Source: an uncultured Ruminococcus sp. (GTDB taxonomy: Bacteria; Bacillota; Clostridia; Oscillospirales; CAG-272). Taken from it: a DNA stretch of 41,647 bases. This document shows, piece by piece, positions 1 through 8,072 of the stretch. The translations under genes and the position numbers were made by a program. Location: the NCBI GenBank assembly GCA_964507065.1, contig CAZDON010000002.1:1-41647 (forward strand), written 5' to 3'. Positions within the stretch are counted from its first letter, which is position 1. Every line of letters starts with the position of its first letter. The notes beneath the pieces were generated by a model. The model ran no database searches. It saw nothing but the letters and a program-made list of their open reading frames with translations, and was not told the DNA's origin.

Positions 1-1052
1 AGAAGAAAGCGCTTATTTTTCTCAGGCGACTTGCCGGGCTTAAGAAGATTTATACCCGTGTCCGTGCCGAGTGACCAGTTGTTATGCTTTCCCGAGCCGT
101 TGATGCCCTCGAAGGGCTTTTCGGCAAGAAGGCACGCCATACCGTGCTTGGGAGCGAGCTTTTTCATACACTCCATCATAAGCAGGTTGTTGTCAACGGC
201 AATATTCGTGGTGTTATATACGGGCGCAAGCTCGTGCTGAGCAGGCGCGGTTTCGTTGTGCTTCGTCTTTGCGGAGATACCAAGACGCCAAAGCTCAAGG
301 TCAAGCTCGTGCATATACTCACCGACCTTGGTGGGAAGCGCGCCGAAATAGTGGTCCTCCATTTCCTGACCCTTTACAGCGGGCGCGCCAAAGAGCGTTC
401 TTCCGCAATAATAGAGGTCACGGCGGCGTCTGTAATCCTCCTCGGGAATGAGGAAGTACTCCTGCTCGGCACCGACGGTGGTGGTAACGCGCTTTGCCTC
501 GGTGTCACCGAAAAGGCGTACGATACGAAGTCCCTCCTTGCTTATCGCGTCCATTGAGCGAAGAAGCGGAGTCTTGGTGTCTAGCGCCTCACCCGTGTAT
601 GAGCAAAACGCCGTAGGTATGTAAAGCGAGCCGTCCTTTATAAAGGCGTACGAGGCAGGGTCCCAGGCGGTGTAGCCTCTCGCCTCGAAGGTAGCGCGAA
701 GTCCGCCGGAGGGGAAGCTTGACGCGTCGGGCTCACCCTTAATGAGCTCCTTGCCCGAAAATTCCATAATAGCCTTGCCGTGCCCGATAGGTGAAAGGAA
801 CGCGTCGTGCTTTTCAGCGGTAACGCCCGTAAGAGGCGAGAACCAGTGCGTGAAGTGCGTAGCGCCGTTCTCAACCGCCCAGTCCTTCATCGCGGCGGCA
901 ACCACGTCAGCAATTCCCGCGTCTATTTCATTTCCCTCCTCTATAGTGTGCATAAGCGATTCGTACACCTCAGGGGGAAGCCTGTCCTTCATTACCTCCT
1001 CGCTGAAAACGAGCGAGGCAAAAAGCTCTGGTATATTTGGTGAGTTGTTCAT
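1..1052 (-). CDS. glnA: Glutamine synthetase type III, N-terminal ~350 aa; gene continues beyond the left window edge
   Basis: Absent from the ORF track because it is open to the window edge. Manual minus-strand translation from ATG (1052-1050) gives [131 protein letters not shown]. These blocks are hallmark type III GS motifs. A GGAGAGAG RBS lies just upstream. Confidence 0.9.
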   Translation of the reverse strand, partial: MNNSPNIPELFASLVFSEEVMKDRLPPEVYESLMHTIEEGNEIDAGIADVVAAAMKDWAVENGATHFTHWFSPLTGVTAEKHDAFLSPIGHGKAIMEFSGKELIKGEPDASSFPSGGLRATFEARGYTAWDPASYAFIKDGSLYIPTAFCSYTGEALDTKTPLLRSMDAISKEGLRIVRLFGDTEAKRVTTTVGAEQEYFLIPEEDYRRRRDLYYCGRTLFGAPAVKGQEMEDHYFGALPTKVGEYMHELDLELWRLGISAKTKHNETAPAQHELAPVYNTTNIAVDNNLLMMECMKKLAPKHGMACLLAEKPFEGINGSGKHNNWSLGTDTGINLLKPGKSPEKNKRFL

Positions 1053-1166
1053 ACTTCTCTCTCCAATGAAGTCTTAATTATTCTATAATTATACATTATA
1101 AAGAAAACCTTGTCAAGCGAATATTTTTTGATATGTTAATCTTCTATTAAGAGTGGCGCGCGGTAC

Positions 1167-1195
1167 TTGACATATCGAACCCTTAGGTGTATAAT
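1167..1195 (+). promoter_or_regulatory. SigA-type promoter of the exonuclease gene
   Basis: TTGACA (1167-1172), 17-nt spacer, TATAAT (1190-1195). Perfect consensus about 35 nt upstream of the start codon. Confidence 0.7.
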
Positions 1196-1228
1196 ATATG
1201 ATGTATTTTTATGGTAAGGACACAGAGA

Positions 1229-2197
1229 ATGTATTATATAACACTTGACCTTGAGTGGAATCAGGCGTATGCGCAGAAGGCTATTGCCGTTCAGAAGCAG
1301 CTTGCGTGCAGACTCCGCGGCGAGGTTATTCAGATTGGCGCGGTAAAGCTCAATTCAAAAATGCAGCCGTGCGGCTCGTATCAGGCGATAGTAAAGCCTA
1401 AATATTTCAAGAAAATCCACCGTATGGTAGCCGAGCTAACAGGCATTTCACAGGAGCAGATGGACGCGGGCATTTCACTTTCCGACGCGGCAGAGAGCTT
1501 CAGACGCTGGTGCGGTGAGGACTTCGTATTTCTCACCTGGGGACCTGACGACATTCCTATGCTCAAGGAAAACTTCCACGTGCACAAAATAGATTTCGAC
1601 TGGCTCGACAGAACCTACGACCTTCAGGCAATATTCAACATGCAGACTGACGGCGGCACGAAGCAGAGGTCGCTTGAGTACGCTATGGAATACTTTGAGA
1701 TTCCGCAAAGGCTTCCTGCCCACGACGCGCTTAACGACGCGTACTTCACCGCCCTCGTGGCAAAGAGGCTTGACGTTGAGGCGGGCATCAGAAACTACGG
1801 CAATATTGCATCGGAGCATCTTTACTCGGCTATTATCGGAGATGCCGACGGCGGTGACGACGGCTACGTCACGATAAACGAAATGCTTGAGGACGCGCCC
1901 GTGTCGGCTCCTCGCTGTCCTCACTGTGACGCACTTATGCAGAGGGCTGACAGCCTGCTTCACTCAAAGGGGCAGAAATACACGCTTCACTACGTTTGCG
2001 AGAGTCACGGTGATATGCTTCTTACTCTGAAGCTTCACAGAAACTTCAACGACACCTGGCGCGCAAAGCTCACTGTCGATGAGGCAAGCGAGGAAATGCT
2101 CGCGTCCTTCGGTGCGGCTCTTGAAAAGAGCAATCAGAAAAGACGCAGCCAGCGTCATAGGTCAAGACGAAAGAAAAAGACCGGTGCTACCGTGTAG
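1229..2197 (+). CDS. DEDDh-family 3'-5' exonuclease (ERI-1/KapD-like) with a Cys-containing, basic C-terminal extension
   Basis: ORF track gives 1211..2197. I prefer ATG 1229 (AAGGA 9 nt upstream; product starts MYYITLDLEWN). Exo motifs are DLEW, LTWGPDD and AHDALNDAY. The C-terminus has CPHCD..C..H and an RRSQRHRSRRKKK tail. Confidence 0.8.
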   Translation: MYYITLDLEWNQAYAQKAIAVQKQLACRLRGEVIQIGAVKLNSKMQPCGSYQAIVKPKYFKKIHRMVAELTGISQEQMDAGISLSDAAESFRRWCGEDFVFLTWGPDDIPMLKENFHVHKIDFDWLDRTYDLQAIFNMQTDGGTKQRSLEYAMEYFEIPQRLPAHDALNDAYFTALVAKRLDVEAGIRNYGNIASEHLYSAIIGDADGGDDGYVTINEMLEDAPVSAPRCPHCDALMQRADSLLHSKGQKYTLHYVCESHGDMLLTLKLHRNFNDTWRAKLTVDEASEEMLASFGAALEKSNQKRRSQRHRSRRKKKTGATV

Positions 2198-2219
2198 GGT
2201 GATGCAATTTGCATCACCC
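2197..2219 (+). terminator. Perfect hairpin overlapping the exonuclease stop codon (weak or atypical terminator)
   Basis: GGGTGATGCA-att-TGCATCACCC: 10-bp stem, 3-nt loop. No U-tract follows. Confidence 0.35.
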
Positions 2220-2224
2220 TACAA

Positions 2225-2321
2225 CTATTATGAGTTATGAAATGCTACGCATTGTTATGATTGACTTCGTCAAGCTATGAGATACTGCGTATCGTTATGA
2301 TTGCCTGACGGCAAGTTGAAC
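2225..2321 (+). repeat. Mini-hairpin array, locus A: 4 units of conserved G(T/C)TATGA linker plus variable 13-14-nt hairpin, 20-21-nt period
   Basis: Units read directly: gttatga-aATGCtacGCATt; gttatga-TTGACttcGTCAA; gctatga-gATACtgcGTATc; gttatga-TTGCCtgacGGCAA-gttgaa. Stems differ between units but each stays self-complementary. Confidence 0.8.
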
Positions 2322-2351
2322 GGTAACACCAAAGCTTTTTTCACATCCCTA

Positions 2352-2380
2352 TTGCATTTACCTCTGCTTTGTGCTATAAT
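2352..2380 (+). promoter_or_regulatory. SigA-type promoter of the 40-codon gene
   Basis: TTGCAT (2352-2357), 17-nt spacer, TATAAT (2375-2380). Confidence 0.7.
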
Positions 2381-2415
2381 AGCCTTGCAGTCAGGTTTTG
2401 TGTAGGAGGCTTTTT

Positions 2416-2538
2416 ATGAAATATGAAAATCCAATATGCGAAATCGTAGAGCTTAAGTCCGTCGACGTTATTACTTCGAGCGGCGGTGATACTACGAATG
2501 AGCCTTGGGGTCCCGACGGCGACCCTACTAACACCTAA
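2416..2538 (+). CDS. Unannotated small protein/peptide, 40 aa: MKYENPICEIVELKSVDVITSSGGDTTNEPWGPDGDPTNT
   Basis: Below the ORF-track length cutoff. AGGAGG (2404-2409) lies 6 nt before ATG 2416, and the stop TAA is at 2536-2538. It has its own consensus promoter and an intrinsic terminator. Confidence 0.7.
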   Translation: MKYENPICEIVELKSVDVITSSGGDTTNEPWGPDGDPTNT

Positions 2539-2564
2539 CAAGTAGGCTTTATTCCTGACAAAAC

Positions 2565-2602
2565 AAGTCCCTCGCCCGGTCAGCGAGGGACTTTCTCTTT
2601 TT
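2565..2602 (+). terminator. Rho-independent terminator of the small-peptide gene
   Basis: AAGTCCCTCGC-ccggtca-GCGAGGGACTT followed by tctcttttt. Confidence 0.8.
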
Positions 2603-2622
2603 AATACGGCAAACGGCATACA

Positions 2623-2654
2623 AAGCAGGGCTGTGCATTTGCACAGCCCTGCTT
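2623..2654 (-). terminator. GC-rich hairpin 22 nt downstream of the stop of paralogue 1 (probable terminator of the array)
   Basis: AAGCAGGGCTGTGC-attt-GCACAGCCCTGCTT. The trailing sequence on the minus strand is only moderately T-rich. Confidence 0.5.
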
Positions 2655-2675
2655 CTTATCAGACTTTGAAGCGTG

Positions 2676-5297
2676 TCAGTTCACCGTCATTCTGCCCTGC
2701 GCGTCGTTTATTACCATCTTTCCCGATGAGATAAGCTCGGTAAATACACCGTCCTTATTACAAATCTTAAAGGTATTACCCGCGGTCTGATTGATAATGG
2801 TAATAGATTCAGGCGCGTGATAGGGATTTACAGGGTCGGTAAAGGCAGAGGAATTGAAGTTGTCCTCATTCTTCCACGTAACACCGTCCGCCTGAAGCGT
2901 AGGCGCCGAATTTGACCTGAACAAAAACCTCGAAGTAATATTCTCATCAAACGTGAAATTATCTATCGTGATATTCTTGAACAGATACGTGTCGTAGCCG
3001 AATTCGTGCCCCTTGGTGTAGCCGATGGTAAATATACTTGCATTCGAGCTGTAGCCGCTCGGCGAATCGGTAGGCGACGCGGCGTAGCCGACGAGAGTGC
3101 AGTCCTTGAGCAGGACGTTACCCTCCCAGGTCGATCCGTAGTCCGTACGGAGCGTCGCGAAGGTGTTGGTCGAAAGCTTTTTCGTGTTGATAAACTTGAG
3201 CTCGCCTGAACCGACGCAGTTGATATGCTGACCTATCGTGGAATTCTTGACGGTAGCGTTGGCAACTCCCTGATGCGCGTCAAAGCGCGAAAGATTACAG
3301 CTATCAAACGTCAGGTTCTTCACGAAGTTAGAGCCCATAACGCCCCAGAAGAGCGAGTTTGTCGTGCTGTTGACCTGCGTGCAGTTCTGCCAGGTTATGT
3401 TGTTTGCGCTCCACGCGTTTATGTCGTAGGTGCCCATGCTGGTGCCCGAATCGGTGACGGGAGTACCGTTTGAATCCACCCTGTCCTCCTGATACCATCT
3501 GTGACCCTGGAATTTTACCTTGTTTATAAGCACGTTGTTGCAAAACCTTACGTCAAGCCAGCCGCGGTAAGGGTATCCGCCGTCGTTTGCCTTGCCGCTT
3601 TCAACGATAACCTCATTTTCAATAAGATGAGTAATTCCCTCGATTACCGTATTACTTCTCGTTACGTAAATGCCTCTGCCGAAGTAATAATACTGGTCGC
3701 CCGTGTAATAGCCCTCGGGAGCATTCGTCTTAAGACGGTTTGCAAGCGTCTTGAAGGTACCGCCCTTGACCGTGATAGAATCGTCGTTTATTGGAATTAC
3801 CTCAATCTCGGTAAAGCCCGTATAATCCCAAAGCACAGGAGTCGTCGAGTCTATTCTTCCGTCGGGGTGGACGAGTAGCACTTCCTCCTTATCCGAGCCG
3901 TTATTGGCGTTTCCGCCTGTACGCACGTAGACCCTTTCCTCTGAATTAACGATGCGGAGAAGAACCTCCTCCGGGAAGGTCATCGGGAAATACGCCGCGT
4001 TCTTTTTAAGAACGGGGGTGCCGTTTTCATTCTTATATACCGAGTACGCCTCGTCACCCGCGCCTACGTTCTGCAGCACGAAGCCCGCCTCGGTATATTT
4101 TGCCGCACTTAAGAAATACGGCATTTTATCAGACGACGGAAGTATCTCAAAGACGTTTCTCGTTCTGATTTCCTCGTCGAAGGGATTAACGTTGGTATCG
4201 TCGACGATAAAGGTTGCTCGGCCGAAGTCCACGTTCGTTCTGACAGGAATAGCCCTGCCGTAAGAGGATGCACCGAAATAATAGGTAGGATTGCCGCTTA
4301 CGTAGACTGGAATTCCGTCCTGATTCGCCGTCTGGTGAGCCTTCATTACGGCGAGGAAGTCGTCGGTCCTGCCGTCACCCTTAGCCCCGAACTCCTCGTA
4401 GGTGTAGGCGACGTTCCACTCGTATTTCTCGGCACCGAGGTCTATGCTGTCAAGACCCTCGGCTGTAATCATATCAGCAATCCAGTGCTCCACGCCGAGC
4501 ATAAAGCGCTTAGTAGTGTAGCAGCTCATCATAAGGTCCTTGCCTGCCGTAGAAACCGTAAAGCCAGCGCCCGACTTACCGCTTGAGATACGAATAATAA
4601 ATTTATGCTCTGCCACCTCACCCTCGGCAAGCTCTGCCTCGGTGCGAAGGGTTATACCCGTGTACTCGTGAACGGTGTCGCGAATAAGCGCTACTATCTC
4701 GTCTATCGTTTCATTCGACGAGTACGAAAGCACGTATTCGCCAAGGTCAACGCCGCCTACGGTTGCCGTGCTTATCTTGTACCTCGTGGTCTTTATTCTC
4801 TCAAAGTCCTGAGCAACGGTAAGATTCATATACCTGTCGGCAGGCGTACTCTCTGTAATTCCGAGTCCCTCGGTAAGCAGCAGCGTTACCGCCTCGGAAA
4901 ACAGCTCCGTGCTTCCGCCCGCAACGACAATTTTTTCTCCGACGACCTTGATGCAGTAGCCCTCGTCGCCGATATCTCTTTGTGTTACGACACAGCCCTC
5001 TCGGTGCTTGACGTTCTTACCGAATATAATCTCGCGCGACGTGACGGCACTCTCGTCCTCGTCACTTATCGCGTCGGGAATGATGAGCCCGAGGTCAGTG
5101 AGAGTCGTGATAAACCTGTCGACCTCGGAAAGCTCCTCCTCGGTAAGCGTCGACGCCGTGACTATCTTGAAGCTTACGGCGCCGCGCTCGGCAAGGATAA
5201 GCGAGCCCTCAGGAATTTCACCTGCATTACAAGACGAAAGCAGGGGCAGCATAAGCGCAAGAAGAATGATAGTAATCAGTACTACTGTCTTTTTCAT
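2676..5297 (-). CDS. Paralogue 1 (873 aa): lipoprotein with two alpha/beta modules plus a pectate-lyase-fold (right-handed beta-helix) region
   Basis: Signal peptide with lipobox LLSSC. Also GYCIKVVGEKIVVAGG module, cap motif FGAKGDGRTDDF, and blocks YPYRG, MGTYD, WGVMGSNF, SRFDAHQG and DYGSTWEG shared with the three upstream paralogues. GAGGTG RBS. Confidence 0.85.
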   Translation of the reverse strand: MKKTVVLITIILLALMLPLLSSCNAGEIPEGSLILAERGAVSFKIVTASTLTEEELSEVDRFITTLTDLGLIIPDAISDEDESAVTSREIIFGKNVKHREGCVVTQRDIGDEGYCIKVVGEKIVVAGGSTELFSEAVTLLLTEGLGITESTPADRYMNLTVAQDFERIKTTRYKISTATVGGVDLGEYVLSYSSNETIDEIVALIRDTVHEYTGITLRTEAELAEGEVAEHKFIIRISSGKSGAGFTVSTAGKDLMMSCYTTKRFMLGVEHWIADMITAEGLDSIDLGAEKYEWNVAYTYEEFGAKGDGRTDDFLAVMKAHQTANQDGIPVYVSGNPTYYFGASSYGRAIPVRTNVDFGRATFIVDDTNVNPFDEEIRTRNVFEILPSSDKMPYFLSAAKYTEAGFVLQNVGAGDEAYSVYKNENGTPVLKKNAAYFPMTFPEEVLLRIVNSEERVYVRTGGNANNGSDKEEVLLVHPDGRIDSTTPVLWDYTGFTEIEVIPINDDSITVKGGTFKTLANRLKTNAPEGYYTGDQYYYFGRGIYVTRSNTVIEGITHLIENEVIVESGKANDGGYPYRGWLDVRFCNNVLINKVKFQGHRWYQEDRVDSNGTPVTDSGTSMGTYDINAWSANNITWQNCTQVNSTTNSLFWGVMGSNFVKNLTFDSCNLSRFDAHQGVANATVKNSTIGQHINCVGSGELKFINTKKLSTNTFATLRTDYGSTWEGNVLLKDCTLVGYAASPTDSPSGYSSNASIFTIGYTKGHEFGYDTYLFKNITIDNFTFDENITSRFLFRSNSAPTLQADGVTWKNEDNFNSSAFTDPVNPYHAPESITIINQTAGNTFKICNKDGVFTELISSGKMVINDAQGRMTVN

Positions 5298-5382
5298 AAA
5301 ACACCTCGTGATGTAAGTTTTGTTTTACATAAGATATAGTCTTTGCGAGCTTTGTGCGTGTTTTATAGATTAACTTAAATGC

Positions 5383-8061
5383 TTAATTTACCGTCTTTGC
5401 CTCGTATGGAACCGAATTAAGCTTGGTCGAGGATGACGGCGCTACGGTGACGGTTGTCTTGACCTTGCTTGCCGATAAGAAGTCGGGAAGCGTCACCGTG
5501 TAGTCGCGTATATAGGTGATTTTTTCGGTTATCTGATACTGGTTGGAATACTGTGCGTCAAACGCCATATTGTTAATCTTATTATAAAGATAAAGATTTG
5601 AGGTATTGCTCTGGAAATTTGTGAGCGTTACCGTGTGGGGAAGATAGCAGGTGTATCCGAAATCCCAGTTAAGATACGTCGTAGTGGTTGAATAGAAGCC
5701 CGACTCTATAACGTAGCCCGTGCTGTGTCTTGTAGAGGGTCTTGAGGTCGGAGCGCCCGTATATTTGCCCCATACGCTGTTGTAGGCGGTGATGCCGTCA
5801 AGCAGACAGTTTTCAATTATAACGTCGCCGTCGAAGGTCGCGCCGTAGTCCATACGAAGCGAGATAAAGCTATCTCCCACTCTTCTTTGCGTATTTCTTA
5901 CCTCAAGCGTGCCGCCGCCGATAACGTTGAAGGTGTGGCCTATTATACAGTTATCAACCGTCATATTCCAGAAGCCGCAATGTGCGTCGATTCTCGAAAT
6001 AACGCAGTCGGTGAAGTGCAGGTTCTTCGAGCCGTTTGAGGACATAATGCCCCAATAGCCCGAGTCACCGATATCGTTCTTACCGTTTGCCTGTGTTATA
6101 CCCTCAAAGCGAATCTCGTTTGAATACTCGCAGACGAAATCGTAGGTACCCATAGGCACCCAGTTTATATCGCCGTACGCGTTGGTCTTATACTCTACGT
6201 AATACTTGTGACCCGTGAGGTTACAGTCCTTGACCGTTACGTTGTGAGCGTTGTAGAACAGTAAAAATCCGTAGTAGGGATAGCTTCCGTCCTCAGGCTC
6301 GTCAACCACCTTATGATCAATATTCATAATCGTGGAGTTCGGTCTTTCGACGCGGATTCCTCTTGAAACCGAGTTGTAGACGTTTGAGCGGCAATAGTAT
6401 TCCTGTACTCCATCTGGATTCTTGCGTCCCTTGTAGCATTCCCACTCGTCGTTATGCAGGCAGCCCGATTTCGCACAGATATTCTCGAAGAAGCCGCCGC
6501 TTACCGTAATGGGCGTATCGTCAACCCTGAATATCTGTACCTGAGCCACGACGTCAAAGTCGTTGGTAATCGGTGTTGCAGGGTCGATATTTCCGTCCTT
6601 ATCCATATGAAGCACGTCGCTTCTTGGGCGTCCTAAGTTGCCGTTTGCGCCGTATCTTACGTAGTCGGCGTGACCGCTCTGTATAACCACTAGCGAGTCG
6701 TAGTCGAGATACTTGTCAAGCCACGGTATCGAGGTCGTTTCAATTTTCTTTAAGGAAAGGTCGGTAACGCCGTCGTCCTCAAAGTTTATAGATATGTAGG
6801 TTTCGGGTGCATATTCGCGCGCAAGCACGAAGATATGCTTTTTGCGGTTTACGCCCTTTGCGTTATCATCAATGATAAAGCGGGACGTACCCCACTCAAC
6901 GTCGGTCTTTATGGGAATCTGAGTGCCGCCCATTCCTATGTAGTACACCTCACCGTCGGCAACGACCTTCTGTCTGCCGAGGTTAGCATACTCGTGCGCC
7001 TCAAGAATGTACGAGAAGTCGTCCTCGGTATCGTCACCGAAGGCACCGAAGTCACTGTATTTAACGATGCTTGCGCATTTCGATATATTGAGGTCGGCTG
7101 GGATATCGACGCTGCCCGTCTTCGAAAGTACGTACTCCTCCATAAAGGCGTCGTAGAATTTTACGAAGGCGTTCTCGTACTCACACTCAAATATGAGGTT
7201 GCCGTCCTGTACCCTGACGTAAAAGCCGTCGGCGTAGGTGCGCTTACCCTCGGAGTCGTACGAGAGGGGCAGGACTCTGAATATTATTTTTTTAGAAATA
7301 GCGTCTGCAGCCGAGTCGTCAACGACCTCAAGATACTTACCCGTAAGCATTGAAATGGACTCGGTGAAGGTCGAGGTCAGCGTCGGGAAGAGCGTCTCGT
7401 TCTCGGTGTCGCACACGACGGTATAGCCTGAAATATCGTTTCCGCCTATGGAAAGGGCGTCAATGTCGTAGTCTGTGAGTACGGTTTCGTTGAGAGTCTG
7501 GGACACCGCCTTGTTACGGAGCGACTCCGTAGCAGAGGTAATTCCGAGATACTTCTCGGTAAATATCGCGACCGCCTCTCTCGTCTTGCCGGGTGAGCCG
7601 CCCGCTATTATAACGCGCTCGCCCACTACCTTGATGACGTAGCCCATATGTCCGAGCTCACGCTCGTCAACGACACACTCCTCGCCTCTGTTGCGGCAAT
7701 CCGAGCCTATTACTATCTCACAGTGCCACACGAGAGATTCGTCAACGTCGGGCATCGGGGCGTTTACCTCAATGCCAAGGTCAGAGAGCGTCTTGTAGAG
7801 GTCGTTTGCCGCGCGTATTCCCGCAGAGCCTGCTCCGCTTGCGGTTATGATATTGAATTTAGCCTCGTTCTTTCGAATGAGGATAAGCCCGTCAAGCGGC
7901 TCGTCGTCCTCGGGAAATTCGCTGGGCAAATCGTCAGGCTTATCACTGAAAAGCGAGTCTATAAATTCCGTAATTCCGTCAAGGTTCATCGCCACGACCG
8001 CCACAGCCGCGACAAGCGCGACTATGATGAGAGCTATGATACCTATTTTCGTTCTATCCAT
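5383..8061 (-). CDS. Paralogue 2 (892 aa): signal-anchored (no lipobox Cys) beta-helix protein of the same family
   Basis: N-terminus is IGIIALIIVALVAAVAVVAM with no Cys. Has GYVIKVVGERVIIAGG and a degenerate cap motif FGAFGDDTEDDF. Blocks YPYYG, MGTYD, WGIMSSNGSKN, SRIDAHCG, DYGATFDG and WDFGYTCY are present. The AAGGAA RBS overlaps the stop of paralogue 3 (11-nt gap). Confidence 0.85.
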   Translation of the reverse strand: MDRTKIGIIALIIVALVAAVAVVAMNLDGITEFIDSLFSDKPDDLPSEFPEDDEPLDGLILIRKNEAKFNIITASGAGSAGIRAANDLYKTLSDLGIEVNAPMPDVDESLVWHCEIVIGSDCRNRGEECVVDERELGHMGYVIKVVGERVIIAGGSPGKTREAVAIFTEKYLGITSATESLRNKAVSQTLNETVLTDYDIDALSIGGNDISGYTVVCDTENETLFPTLTSTFTESISMLTGKYLEVVDDSAADAISKKIIFRVLPLSYDSEGKRTYADGFYVRVQDGNLIFECEYENAFVKFYDAFMEEYVLSKTGSVDIPADLNISKCASIVKYSDFGAFGDDTEDDFSYILEAHEYANLGRQKVVADGEVYYIGMGGTQIPIKTDVEWGTSRFIIDDNAKGVNRKKHIFVLAREYAPETYISINFEDDGVTDLSLKKIETTSIPWLDKYLDYDSLVVIQSGHADYVRYGANGNLGRPRSDVLHMDKDGNIDPATPITNDFDVVAQVQIFRVDDTPITVSGGFFENICAKSGCLHNDEWECYKGRKNPDGVQEYYCRSNVYNSVSRGIRVERPNSTIMNIDHKVVDEPEDGSYPYYGFLLFYNAHNVTVKDCNLTGHKYYVEYKTNAYGDINWVPMGTYDFVCEYSNEIRFEGITQANGKNDIGDSGYWGIMSSNGSKNLHFTDCVISRIDAHCGFWNMTVDNCIIGHTFNVIGGGTLEVRNTQRRVGDSFISLRMDYGATFDGDVIIENCLLDGITAYNSVWGKYTGAPTSRPSTRHSTGYVIESGFYSTTTTYLNWDFGYTCYLPHTVTLTNFQSNTSNLYLYNKINNMAFDAQYSNQYQITEKITYIRDYTVTLPDFLSASKVKTTVTVAPSSSTKLNSVPYEAKTVN

Positions 8062-8072
8062 AAATTTTTCCT

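Noticed and set aside
31-1077. Plus-strand track ORFs (69, 157, 60, 111 and 78 aa) at the left edge
   Set aside because: All lie antisense to a clearly recognisable type III glutamine synthetase reading frame that is open to the window edge. They have no RBSs and junk-like composition.
2225-2321. Could the periodic arrays at 2225, 13773 and 15206 be CRISPR arrays?
   Set aside because: The period is only 16-21 nt, and the conserved part is a 7-mer while the variable part is itself palindromic. There are no cas genes. This is the opposite of CRISPR repeat-spacer logic.
2374-2619. 81-aa minus-strand ORF
   Set aside because: It runs antisense through the promoter, the 40-codon gene and its terminator hairpin. 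It has no RBS and no recognisable motifs.
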